Positions 52,201-64,000 of a stretch of DNA of 64,000 nt are shown here, piece by piece. Source of the stretch: Octopus sinensis (taxonomy: Eukaryota). A model generated the notes under the pieces. The model had not been told where the DNA came from, made no database searches, and was given only the letters and a program-made list of their open reading frames with translations. The position numbers and the translations under genes are program-made. Within the stretch, counting starts at the first letter, position 1, and the number at the start of each line of letters is the position of its first letter. The DNA lies in assembly GCF_006345805.1 (NCBI RefSeq), contig NC_043004.1, positions 40,672,001-40,736,000 of the forward strand, in the 5' to 3' direction.

Positions 52201-54262
52201 GATTTGTCTGCCTTCCTACTTTCTAAGACTTTGGTTTTTAACACAAATTTGCAAGAATTTTCCAAAAATTCCAAAAAATAAAAAAAAGTTATGAGGGGGC
52301 TATATGGGGTGCTTAAACCAGAACTCCACCATTTAATACTTCCATGGTGACTGTATTCCTCATGAAATACAATGCCTGTGTTTTGCAATTAAATTTGAAA
52401 ATAATCAAGAATTTATTAGAATTTAACAATGTAACTGATTTTGTCTTCATAAATCTGCTATTTAGAGCATCATTAAACAAAAGGCTTTTTACATAAAATT
52501 ATGATAGAAGGTTTTTAATTTAGATATGAATACTTTAAAACTGCAAATTTTTGTTTCATTTAAGGAGATTTAAGGAAGGTGAGTGTCAAAAGTGTTTCCA
52601 AAGAGTTTTAATAAGTACATAACAAAGAAATTAAAATAATCATTATTGCTAATGAAATAAAGGTTATTTATTAAATAAATGCATTATTGAAACATGTATA
52701 CAATTATTGTTCAAATAAATCCTTTTAAATATTATCTTATATTATTCTATGGATATTTTATGATATAAACTGATTAACTAAGTATGAGAAAAGCTTTTTT
52801 TTTTTTTTGAAAATTCACATCATTTCCATACAGAATTTTTATGTTACAGTTAACTATTTTTGCTTTTAAAACATTTTGATACATATTCTAATCAAAATTT
52901 GCACCACACACACACGTGTGTGTATGTATGTATGTATAAATCAATATACAGGGTGCAATGAATAAATTGTCATCTAAATAACGCAAAAATGAAAATAACA
53001 CTGGCATCTCATTTTAGCAGATGTATATTTACCAAATTTACATAAAATATTTTGAAATACTAGAGAATAAATTTATTCAATAAAATCACCATTGACTTCA
53101 ACCATGGCCTCCAGACGATGGTCATTTACAACCATCACATGATGTCTAGGAAAGGGCACACACAAACACATACATATATGTGTGTATAAATATAAACATG
53201 CACACACATACACACACACATCTAGCTATATAGCCCATTTGAGTCTCATAAGTTATCTATACAGCTAAGTGCTTTATAGGTGTGACACCAATGATCATTC
53301 TCTGACCAGCCATAACAAACAACCCACTAAGTATGTACACACACACATTTATGTAGAAAACGAAGTTATTTTTATTCCACACAGGTAGAAATATAGAAAA
53401 AAGAAGTTGAAAATGCACTTGGATTCATTTAAATTTTTTATTTTTAAATTTTCAAAGACTTAAACTGTTTCACATATTTCTCTGATTTTCCAAAGTCAAG
53501 ATAGAAAAACATGGAGCTATGCTGCAACTCTTTTGCTTCTGACTGGAATTCAAAAATTGTCTTGTTTTTATAGAGACATGCTTCAAATTAGTATTGGTTT
53601 TGGATATGATTAGATTGGCTGAAGATGACCATGTGATTAGGTTTAGAAAACTTAAGCTCCCACTACCTACTTCATATGACAACACATTTGGCACAGTATG
53701 TTAAATCTGCCACAGTTCAGTGAACATGTCTAGTGACCAAGGCTGTCTAAATTTAGTCTGTTAAGCAAGAAAGAGGATGGTCATGTGACTGGCCTTGCTA
53801 TATTTTTTGGCTGAGACAGCTGAGTGAACATGTCTAGTGAGGCTGTGAGTAGACATGTTCTCACTAATAACATACAAAGATTTTTTGTTTACATAGGTTC
53901 AGTCCAATTGTGTGACATCTTGGGCAGACCAATGCTTTGTGAGCAAATTTGATAGCTGGAAACTTCGTGGGAGCCCATTATATACATTTCTGTGTGTGTG
54001 TGTGTGTGTCTATATATGTAAATGTGTGGGTATCTTTGTGGTTATATTTGTCCTCCCAAGACCATCGTCTGACAGCCAGTGTTGGTTCACTTAGCAGTTC
54101 AGCAAAAGCGACTGATAGAATAAGTAACACCAGACTTCAAATAAAGAAAACATTATAAGTACGGGGATCAATTTGATCCAGCTGAACCCAGTGCTCCAGC
54201 ATGGCTACAATCCGATAACAAGTAAAAGACAAATAGTTTAAGACAAAAAGGAGAAAGACATT

Positions 54263-54502
54263 TCAAATCAAAGGACAAAACTGTTGTCTTTTATGCGGTG
54301 GGTAGATATTTTTCGGTTCGTCCCTATTCAAGATGGGATCATCGTGGTGTTGTTCCTGACAAAAGGCCACCATCTCCGCCAATGTCTCGGTCAGAGGACG
54401 TCGATCTATGGCAATCTCTCGCTGCAGCTGTTCAAATTGCAGTTTTAAGATCATCATTTCCCTTGCTTGGTTGATCCGTACTTTTGGATGGACACCAGCC
54501 AT
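54263..54502 (-). CDS. Heterotrimeric G-protein gamma subunit-like protein (GGL domain, CAAX box)
   Basis: 79-aa uninterrupted non-repetitive ORF. EQLQREIAIDRRPLTETLAEMVAFCQEQHHDDPIL...N...KRQQFCPLI* fits the Ggamma pattern QL+.E..I.R..+S.....+..+C......DP+L...N......CAAX. Start context GAGATGG. Confidence 0.75.
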   Translation of the reverse strand: MAGVHPKVRINQAREMMILKLQFEQLQREIAIDRRPLTETLAEMVAFCQEQHHDDPILNRDEPKNIYPPHKRQQFCPLI

Positions 54503-54769
54503 CTCTCCCTTGTTTTGGGCTTAAAAAAAAATGAATTCCAAAATCAGATTCAGGTAGAGCTTTGGGTTCTTTTCTTCTTGCTTTCCTGTGGCTTTTAAAT
54601 TTCTTTTTTCGTTTTTCTTTTTTTTTGTTTTGAATGAACTCACATGTGTAAAGATGAGACGTCAAATACAAACCTAAAAAAGAAAGAAAAATATTGATAA
54701 AAACAAAGAAAATAAAAAAGAAAAGATGGAGAAAAATCGCAAATAAAATTCGAATACTACTAATGGTGG

Positions 54770-54874
54770 TGAATTTGTTACTGCTGTTGTTGTTGGTGGT
54801 GGTGTTTGTAATGGTAGTGTTGCTGCTGCTGTTGTTGTTGGTGGGTGTTTGTGGTGGTGGTAGTGGTGGTGTTG

Positions 54875-54905
<31 letters not shown>

Positions 54906-55078
54906 GTGGTAGTGGTGGTGGTGGTGGCAGCAGTCATGGTAGCAATGGTGGCAGTGGTCACAGCAGCAGTGATGGCAGTAGCAGTAATGGCAGTAGCAGC
55001 AACAGCAGTAGCAGCAGCTTGGTTGTAGTGGTGGTGGTGGCAGTGGTGGTGGTGGCGGCAGTGGCGGTGGTATCTGTG
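54770..55078. repeat. Compound (GTT)n/(GGT)n/(GCA)n tract
   Basis: Directly visible. Confidence 0.9.
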
Positions 55079-55589
55079 GCAGTAAAGGCACACCTATTCA
55101 AGTCTATTCTGAACTCATGGACATCAAACTGTTTGCCTCAGCCAAGTCAAGGAGGAAACTTCTGCAAGTCACTTGACCTTGCAGAAACAGTAGCCAAACC
55201 CCATTCAAATCACATTGTACTATTATTTTAAAAGAAAAGAAAGGCCCATTGGACAATGAAGTCCCAGAAGAACTTTGATTGAAATATGAGATGGTCCCAA
55301 CTGGACACATTTAGTCACATCAGTCTGCTCATTCCAAACTGATTTGGGGCTGATCAATATCAATTTCTAGCTACACCTGAGCATATGATCACTACACATA
55401 TGAATCAATGAGGTAGTATCTAGATAGGGCATGGACAAAATTGCCGAAAAGTGGGCCATATGAAACACAGCTCATCATCAAGTGGGCCTCACTAGTAAAA
55501 TTAAAGGGTGCCATCCAGAATGTGCCCTGGGCTGCAGCTTGTCCATAACTGGTCTACATAGTTATGCAATCTGGTAAAAAATACCAGTC

Positions 55590-55974
55590 AAAGGTACATC
55601 AACTCCTAACATACTGTCTTGAAAGTCGAAGGACATATTGGAAAATGTAGCACTAGACATTGTTTTTCTTTTTTTTGTTCCTTCTCGAGCCATGCCTGGC
55701 TCATAAGGGCTGGTTTCCCGGTTTCTTGGCGTATAGGTTCTCCCCACCTGGACGGGACGCCGGTCCATCGCAAGGGAGCTGCAAGATGCAGGAGGAAAGA
55801 GTGAGAGAAAGTTGTGGCGAAAGAGTCAGCAGAAGTTTCGCCATTACCTTCTGCCGGAGCCACATGGAGCTTAGGTGTTTCACTCATAATCACACACATC
55901 GTCCGGTCTGAGATTTGAATCTGCGATCCCTCGACCACAAGTCCGCTGCTCTAACCACTAGGCCATGTGCCTCC
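55590..55974 (-). mobile_element. SINE family B-related copy
   Basis: Reverse complement of the head seen at 58412-58592. Confidence 0.75.
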
Positions 55975-56424
55975 ACCTAGCACTAGACATGTGGTTGATG
56001 GAATATCCTTGATCATTTGATCAGTCATGATTAAATAACAATAGCAACAAAAATAACAGCTTATATCCATGGCCTTTAAAAAAGTTAATGTCAGAATCAT
56101 TAGCATGCTGAGCAAAATGCTTCGTGGAATTTTGTTCGTCTTCACATTCTGAGTTCAAATTCTGCCAGGTCAACTTTACCTTTTATCCCTCCAAGATCGA
56201 TAAAATAAGTACAAGTTGAGCACTGGGGGCAATGTAATTCACTAACCCTCCCCGCAAACTTGTTGGCCTTGTATCAAAATTTTAAACCAATATTTTTTCA
56301 TGCGTTAACCCATTTTAACTCAGGTTAACCTTGTTGAAATTTTGAAGATAGTTATATAGATAGGGATAACAAACCTACGGAAGAGTCCAGTTAACCTTTA
56401 TTACAGTAAATAAACCAAATAGAA

Positions 56425-56900
56425 TCATCATCGTCATCTTTTAACGTCTGTTTTCCATGCTAGCATGGGTTGGACGATTTTGACTGAGGGCTGGCAACCA
56501 GATGGCTGCACCAGGCTCCAGTCTTGATCTGACAGAGTTTCTACAGCTTGATGCCCTTCCTAACACCAACCACTCCGAGAGTGTAGTGGGTGCGTTTTAC
56601 GTGCCACCTGCATGGGGGCCAGTCAGGCGGTACAGGCAATGACCTCACTCGACTCTTTTTACATGAGCCAGTGAAGCGACGTTGGTAACGATCACGCTCT
56701 AATGGTGCCCTTTTATGTGCCATGGGTACGGAAGCCAGTTGGCTGCTCTGGCAACGATCACACTTGGATGGTGTTCTTGGCACCCTGCTAGCTCAGTAAG
56801 GTGACGCTGGTAACGATCATACTCGAATAGCCGCTCTGTCAATGATCACACTCATATGGTGCTCTTTGCACCCCACTAGCACAGATGCCAGTCATCGAAA
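56425..56900 (-). mobile_element. RTE 3' end derivative with diverged hairpin units
   Basis: Terminal segment plus repeated GG(C/T)AACGATCAC(A/G)CTC..ATGGTGC units. Confidence 0.7.
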
Positions 56901-57639
56901 TGGTCAAACAAATACAACATGCACTATTTTACGCTCAGTTAACTTTTACTGCAGTAAATAAACCAAACGGAACTTAATATGGGTTAAGGTGATGAACTGG
57001 TAGAATCATTAGCATGCTAGGCAAAATACTTAGAAGCATTTCATTTGTCTTCACATTCTGCCAGGATCCTTTCAGGGTTGATAAAATACGTACCAGTTGA
57101 GTAATGGGGGTGGGGTCAATGTAACCGACTTAGCCCTCCACCAAAACTGCTGGCCTTGTGCCAAACTTTGAAACCAATAATTTTTTTTTTGTCTTTCTAA
57201 TTTTAGCACAAAGCTAGCAATTTTGAGGGGATTGAGAAAGTTGACTACAACGATCCCTTCCCACACCCAATTACTTGACTGGTACTTTAATTCATTGACC
57301 CCCAAAAGGGTGAAAGGCAAAGTTGACCTCGACAAGATTTGAGCTTAGTCTGTAAAGAGCCACAAGAAATGTTGTTAAGCATTTTGACCAATGCCCTCAC
57401 ATCTCTACCGGCTCACTGCAACTGATGATATTACTTTGATAAGAAGCTTGACCATTTCTTATTAATCTTTTAGTCAGGCAGTACAAATGCAAAAAGCCAG
57501 AACAAAATACCAAAATGCCATAGCTCTGATGTTCTTACAATTATGCCATGGATCGGTACTTTCTTTATCAACCTCATCGAAGTCGAAATCAAACTCGGTG
57601 ACTGGCATCTGTTGCTAGTGGAGTGCTAAGAGTACCATA

Positions 57640-58030
57640 CGAATGAGATTGTTGTCAGAGCAACAAACTGGCCTTTGTGCCGGTAGCACATTAAGCACAC
57701 CATTCGAGCATGATTGTTACCGCGTCGCCTTACTAGCACTTGTGCTGGTGGCACGTGAAATATTCGAGCGGGGACGTCGCCAGTGCCGCTGGACTGGCTC
57801 CTGTGCAGGTGGCACATAAAAAGCACCATTTGGATATTCGGACGTTGCCAGTACCACCAAACTAGCCTTCGTGCCGGTGGCACATAAAAGCACGCACTAC
57901 ACTCTCGAAGTGGTTGGCATTAGGAAGGGCATCCAGCTGTAGAAACTCAATCAAATCGTCCAACCCATGCTAGCATGGAAAGCGGACGTTAAATGATGAT
58001 TATGATGATCATCATCATTGTCATCATCAT
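57640..58030 (+). mobile_element. RTE 3' end derivative, same subfamily as 12305-12680
   Basis: Unit-by-unit colinear with 12305-12680; (GAT)n tail. Confidence 0.75.
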
Positions 58031-59147
58031 CATCAACCTCATCATCCTCTACATTTAATGTCCTTTCTCTATGCTGGCATAAGTTGGATGGCTTGACAGG
58101 AACTGGCAAGGCCTGGGGCTACACCAGGTTCCATCGTCCATTTTGGCCGGGTTTCTACAGCTGGATGCCCTTCCCAATGCCAACCACTTTCCAGAACGTA
58201 CTAGATGCTTTTCATGTAGCACCATCACCGGTGATTTTTATATGGCAAGAGCACCAGTGCTTTTTACATGGCACCAGTACCTACACCAATGCTTTTTACA
58301 TGCCACCTTGGTTTTAGGATCTGAATTCTGTTGTGGTGGGTAGGTTCTCTTCAGTACAACAAAGTGCCACATATTTCAATTCTCTGACATCTCCTTCATA
58401 AGGCTCATCGTGGAGGCACATGGCCTAGTGGTTAGAGCAGTGGACTCGCGGTCGAGGGATCATGGGTTCGAATCTCAGACCGGACGATGTACGTGTTTAT
58501 GAGCGAAACACCTAAGCTCCATGCAGATCCAGCAGAAGGTAATGGCGAACTTCTGCTGAATCAATTCACCACAGATTTTGCCATTGAGGAAAGTGAGTTG
58601 GAGGAGGGGTGGAAAGCTGCAGCCTTTTACTGATGAGAAAAGCCATTATGTTAACATTTATGTGTGTTTCTTCCTACTGCCACCACAACTACAATCAGAT
58701 AGTACGAAAGATACTATGAATTTTAGAAGACATTATGCTAATTAAAGAACTTGCAAGAATATACACTCCATATTAATATTGACAAACAAATAAAATACAA
58801 TATATTAGCACTGTAACAGCCATACATTTAAAACCATTTAGTAAATCTTAAAATTAAAAATTTTTTAACATATTTGAAGTTTTCAAATAAAATTGATAAT
58901 CAATACTTGTAGTAACATAAATAAATTAATAAATACTTAAAACAGGTAATAATGATTTCTTTGATAATAACTCTACTTAAATAATTATTTTCTCAGGAGT
59001 CTTTCATGGTTTTTAAATTTGTGATTTCATATATAAACATACACACACACACATGCAAGTGTGTGTGTGTGTGTGTATATATGAATATAAATGTGTGTAT
59101 GATAATGATAATTTATATGTATGTATATATATATAATGTATATATAT

Positions 59148-59181
<34 letters not shown>

Positions 59182-59224
59182 GTGTGTATATATATATATG
59201 TATATATATATATATGTATATATA

Positions 59225-59271
<47 letters not shown>

Positions 59272-60100
59272 TAATAAATAAAATAAAACATATGCATATA
59301 TATAAACATATATGTACGTACCTACCTCTACATGTACATATACACGCATATATGAGTACAGGACACCAAAAGGACGTCAAACACAATGAGAAACGAAAAC
59401 ATAGACACAAACCAAAGGAACTGGACATTTTTTTAAAAATGTATATATATATATGTATGTATATATGTATATTCCTTCTGCCGAGTCAGTCCGAAAACGA
59501 AATGTTTCCAAGATAAGAAAACCTTTTTTAACCTAATTCATCCCGTATTTACCAGTAATACTCTCATGCAAATTTGTCTGATCTCTAGTGGTTAAGCTGT
59601 TTATTATTATTATTATTAGTATTAGTATTAGTATTATCCCTTTGATCCTTGGTCGTCAATCTGTTTATTATTATTTTCAGCCTCGCCTCGTATTGCATAT
59701 TATGTATAATTCATTAGTTATCGTTGACCATCGATTCGGCCTCGCGTCTCACTAAATATAGAATAGATATTTAAGTTTTTCCATACAGGGGTCTCAATGG
59801 CGGCCGATTTTTCGCGGGGCTCGCCCGCCCTCCCACCCCCTCCACCGTTACAGGAAGCCTAAAATTTTCTCATCGCTGTCTCTGATGTACACTTTAAGTT
59901 TTACGCTGCCCCCCACCGCTACAGGAAGTCCAAAATTTTCTCATCCTTGTTGTCTCCCATGTACATGTCTGTCGCCCATGTACACTTCGCATCCCTGTTG
60001 TCTACGCCACTTGCTCCTCCTTCCATAAATGGTAGTGGTCATTCATTGCAAGATATATTGGTAACGTACGCGGTTTGAACTTAGGTTTAATTGTCTGTTT

Positions 60101-63100
60101 ATGAATCCTGCCAAACGCGAGTTTTCTTTTCAGGTTCATGATGCTACTAGGTTCAATGCCTCCCACTCCCTCAGGATTGGCACCCTCAACGTTGGCACAC
60201 TGAAAGGCAGATCTGGCGAGATCGTTGAATTGCTTGAACGGAGGTGTGTGGATATATGCTGTGTTCAAGAGGTGAGGTGGAGAGGAGGTTCTGCTAGGTT
60301 CCTCACAGGTAAAGGACAGAGGTACAAGATTTTCTGGGCTGGGAATACTGAAGGGGTCGGGGGAGTAGGTATGCTTATTGCCGAAAAATGGGTAGGTAAG
60401 GTAATCGAGGTAGTCAGAGTATGTGACAGAATACTGAAGATTAGTTTAGTGCTCCATCATAGTTTAGCAACTATTATATCGGCCTATGCCCCTCAGCCAG
60501 GGCTACCCGATGGACAGAAAGACTGTTTCTATGACACCCTACTGCAGACCACCTCACTGACGAACGACAGGGACCTTCTCTTTGTGGGTGGTGACTTCAA
60601 TGGGCATGTTGGACGATATGCTGAGGGCTTCTATGGCGTTCATGGAGGCTATGGTTATGGTTCTCGCAATGAGGAGGGAACCAGGCTGCTGGAGTTCTGT
60701 GATGCAAATAGTCTTATGGTTTGCAACACTAACTTCAGGAAACCGACAAGCCACTTGGTCACCTACCGTTCGGGCCAGCATACTAGCCAAATCGACTACA
60801 TCCTTACCAGAAAAAGGGAAAGATGGCTGCTTATAAATGCCAAAACCTTCCCAGGTGAAGAGTGTACCCCACAACATAGACTGGTAGTCAGTGACTTTAG
60901 AATCAGGACTAAGAGGACGACTAGAAGACGACCAACATGGAGAAGAAGGGTCTGGAAGCTTAAAGACCCTGCAAATGGACAGAGATTTAGAGACATGTTA
61001 CTTGAAGCCTTCGACGAAATAGAAGGGGGTATAGCTACACATGGGGTAGAAGATAACTGGGCGCTTCTAAGGGACAACCTGCTGAAAGCCACAGACCAGA
61101 TCTGTGGCTGGTGCAAAGTCCCCACAAGACCCAAAATAACGTGGTGGTGGAACAATACTGTTGACAGGGCTATTAGACAAAAGAAACAGGCTTGGAAGGA
61201 CTGGAAGAACGGTGGTAGCAGGGAAGTGTATCAGACTGCAAGAAGGGAGGCTAGGAGGCAGGTGTATTTAGCCAGAGGGGAAGCAGCTAAGAAAAAATTT
61301 GCCAATGTCCTGCGCCGTGAAGACGAAAGACTTGAGGTATTTCGTGTTGCAAGACAGTGTGTGAGAGAGAATCTTGACGTGGTAGGAGAGAAATGTGTTC
61401 GCAAGGATGACGGCTCACTTGCGCTAAATGAGGATGCAAAGAGAGAGGTTTGGAGACGCCACTATGAAAGGTTGCTGAATGAGGAAAATGAATGGGATAA
61501 AGAGAGTCTGCCGAATGTTGACCCAACAGAGGGACCAGCAATCCGAGTTGACAGTTCCTTAGTAGATAAGGCAATTAGAAGCATGAAAACAGGAAAGCCC
61601 CAGGCCCATCAGGAATTACTGCAGAGATGCTCAAAATATCTGGTAGTGCTGGCTATAGCCTAGTCACCCGTATAGTTAACCAGGTGATACACGAAGGAGT
61701 CATTCCCAATGACTGGTGTAGCAGCATAATAGTCAACTGCTACAAAGGTAAAGGTGACGCCCTAGATACAAATAACTACAGGGGTATCAAGCTGCTAGAT
61801 CAGGTAATGAAGGTTACGGAGAGGGTTATAGCCCAACAAATTAGAGAGAGAGTTAGCTTAGATCAGATGCAGTTTGGGTTCGTGCCAGGGAAAAGTACTA
61901 CTGATGCTATTTTCCTGGTAAGACAGCTGCAGGAGAAATACCTAGCCAAAGACAAGCCCTTGTACCTGGCTTTTGTCGATATGGAGAAAGCCTTCGACAG
62001 GGTCCCCCGATCCCTTATCTGGTGGTCAATGAGGAAACTAGGGTTAGATGAATGGTTAGTGAGAGCTGTACAAGCCATGTACAGAGACGCTGCTAGTAAG
62101 GTGAGGGTTGGCACCGAGTACAGTGAAGAATTCAGGGTAGAGGTTGGGGTCCACCAAGGTTCAGTCCTCAGCCCCCTCCTATTTATCATAGTCCTCCAGG
62201 CAATAACGGAGGAATTCAAGACTGGATGCCCCTGGGAGCTCCTCTATGCTGATGACCTTGCTCTAATTGCTGAGTCTCTATCAGAACTGGAGGAGAAGTT
62301 TCAGGTGTGGAAGCAAGGTTTAGAATCGAAGGGCCTTAGAATCAACCTAGCCAAAACCAAAGTCCTAATAAGTAGGAAGGTAGACCAATCACAAACGCCT
62401 TCAGGTAGATGGCCTTGCTCGATCTGTAGAAAAGGCATAGGTAGAAACTCTATAAGATGCACCAAATGTAAGCTATGGACACATAAGAGATGTAGTAATG
62501 TCAAAGGAAGACTAACTAGGAAAATAGTTTTTATCTGTGGCAGATGCTCAGGAGCAATAAACTCTGAAAATATGCAGAGACCAACTTCTATCACGTTTCA
62601 GGGAGAAAAACTAGAAGTAGTTGATAGCTTCTGCTACCTAGGTGACCAAGTCAGTAGCGGGGGCGGGTGTGCTGAAAGTGTAACTGCTAGAGTAAGAATA
62701 GCCTGGGCAAAGTTTAGAGAGCTCTTACCCCTGCTGGTGACAAAAGGCCTCTCACTCAAAGTAAAAGGCAGACTGTATGATGCATGTGTACGTACAGCCA
62801 TGCTACATGGTAGTGAAATTTGGGCTGTGACTGCTGAGGATTTACGTAAGCTCGCAAGAAATGAAGCTAGTATGCTCCGTTGGATGTGTAATGTCAGTGT
62901 TCATAGTCGACAGAGTGTAAGTACCTTGAGAGAAAAGTTGGACATAAGAGGCATCAGATGTTGTGTGCAAGAGAGACGATTGCGCTGATATGGTCATGTG
63001 GCGAGAATGGACAAAGATAGGTGTGTGAAAAAGTGCCACACCCTGGCAGTTGAGGGGACCTGTGGAAGAGGTAGACCCAGGAAAACCTGGGTCAAGGTGG

Positions 63101-63201
63101 TGAAGCACGACCTTCGAACTCTAGGTCTCACCAAGGAAATTACCAGAGACCAAGACCTGTGGAAGTATGCTGTGTGTGAGAAGACCCGGCAAGACCAGTG
63201 A
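60101..63201 (+). mobile_element. Near-intact RTE-clade LINE ORF (APE endonuclease plus reverse transcriptase)
   Basis: APE motifs LRIGTLNVGTL, CCVQEVRW, GGDFNGHVG, SQIDYIL and QHRLVV; RT motifs QFGF, FVDMEKAFDR, GVHQGSVLSP and LYADD. One frameshift near 61597 (GKAPGPSG) and one premature TGA at 62986-62988 (expected W in LRWYGHV). Confidence 0.95.
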
Positions 63202-63247
63202 GAACAATCAAAATCAAATCATATATCAGAAAGCAGGGGTTAAGTGA

Positions 63248-64000
63248 CCCATCCGTTCGTGTCCGCTGCCAGCCTCGTCTGGCACCCGTGTCGGTGATAC
63301 GTAAAAGCACCATTCGCTCGTGGCCGTTTGCCAGCTCTGTCTGGCCCCCGTGTCGGTGGCACGTAAAAGCACCATCCGTTCGTGTTCGTTGCCAGCCTCG
63401 GCTGGCCCCCGTGCCGGTGACACGTAAAAGCACCGTCCGTTCGTGGCCGTTTGCCAGCTCTGTCTGGCCCCATGTCGGTGGCACGTAAAAGCACCATCCG
63501 CTCGTGTTCGTTGCCAGCCTCGGCTGGCCCCCGTGCCGGTGACACGTAAAAGCACCGTCCGTTCGTGGCTGTTTGCCAGCTCTCTCTGGCCCCGTGTCGG
63601 TGGCACGTAAAAGCGCCATCCGCTCGTGTTCGTTGCCAGCCTCGGCTGGCCCCCGTGCCGGTGACACGTAAAAGCACCGTCCGTTCGTGGCCGTTTGCCA
63701 GCTCTGTCTGGCCCTGTGTCGGTGGCACGTAAAAGCACCATCTGTTCGTGTCCGTTGCCAGCCTCGGCTGGCCCCGTGCCGGTGACACGTAAAAGCACTG
63801 TCCGTTCGTGGCCGTTTACCAGCTCTGTCTGGCCCCGTGTCGGTGGCACGTAAAAGCACCATCCGTTCGTGTTCGTTGCCAGCCTCGGCTGGCCCCCGTG
63901 CCGGTGACACGTAAAAGCACCGTCCGTTCGTGGCCGTTTGCCAGCTCTGTCTGGCCCCGTGTCAGTGGCACGTAAAAGCACCATCCATTCGTGTCCGTTG
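63248..64000 (+). repeat. Tandem array of about 61-bp units (alternating A/B dimer of about 122 bp) in the RTE 3' UTR
   Basis: GTAAAAGC recurs about every 61 bp, 12 times from 63301 to 63972; the array runs off the window. Confidence 0.95.

Noticed and set aside
60554-63108. Antisense and alternate-frame ORFs overlapping the RTE
   Set aside because: They are shadow ORFs of a GC-richer coding region.
63140-63984. Long minus-strand ORFs (256, 252 and 182 aa)
   Set aside because: They are stop-free translations of the tandem array with no independent coding evidence.
63248-64000. CRISPR-like appearance (palindromic repeat plus spacer, about 61-bp period)
   Set aside because: The spacers are just two alternating sequences rather than unique ones. 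There are no cas genes, the context is eukaryotic, and the array is contiguous with a LINE 3' UTR.

Overview
AT-rich, microsatellite-saturated eukaryotic DNA. The SINE families and (TA)n/(CA)n/(TATG)n/(AAT)n load resemble an octopus (coleoid cephalopod) genome; this is inferred from repeat style, not from a database match. The only credible host coding sequence is a 79-aa G-protein gamma-like ORF with a CAAX box (54263-54502, minus). The rest is transposable-element derived. It includes a nearly intact RTE LINE (about 60101-64000+) whose 3' UTR is a tandem array of 61-bp double-hairpin units, and a decayed full-length mariner. There are relics of hAT, Chapaev3-like, pogo, CR1, R4/Dong, CRE-like and Penelope (GIY-YIG) elements, two non-autonomous Helitrons, several MITEs and at least four tRNA-derived SINE families. 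A 1.6-kb tandem duplication may be an assembly artefact. The most notable pattern is a set of small non-coding elements with hammerhead-ribozyme-like cores (CUGANGA...GAAA) that recur as head-to-head inverted structures (14934-15323, 25088-25525, 42095-42390, 46095-46226). One family fuses a tRNA-derived Pol III head to the hammerhead. Most ORFs in the supplied track are microsatellite artefacts.
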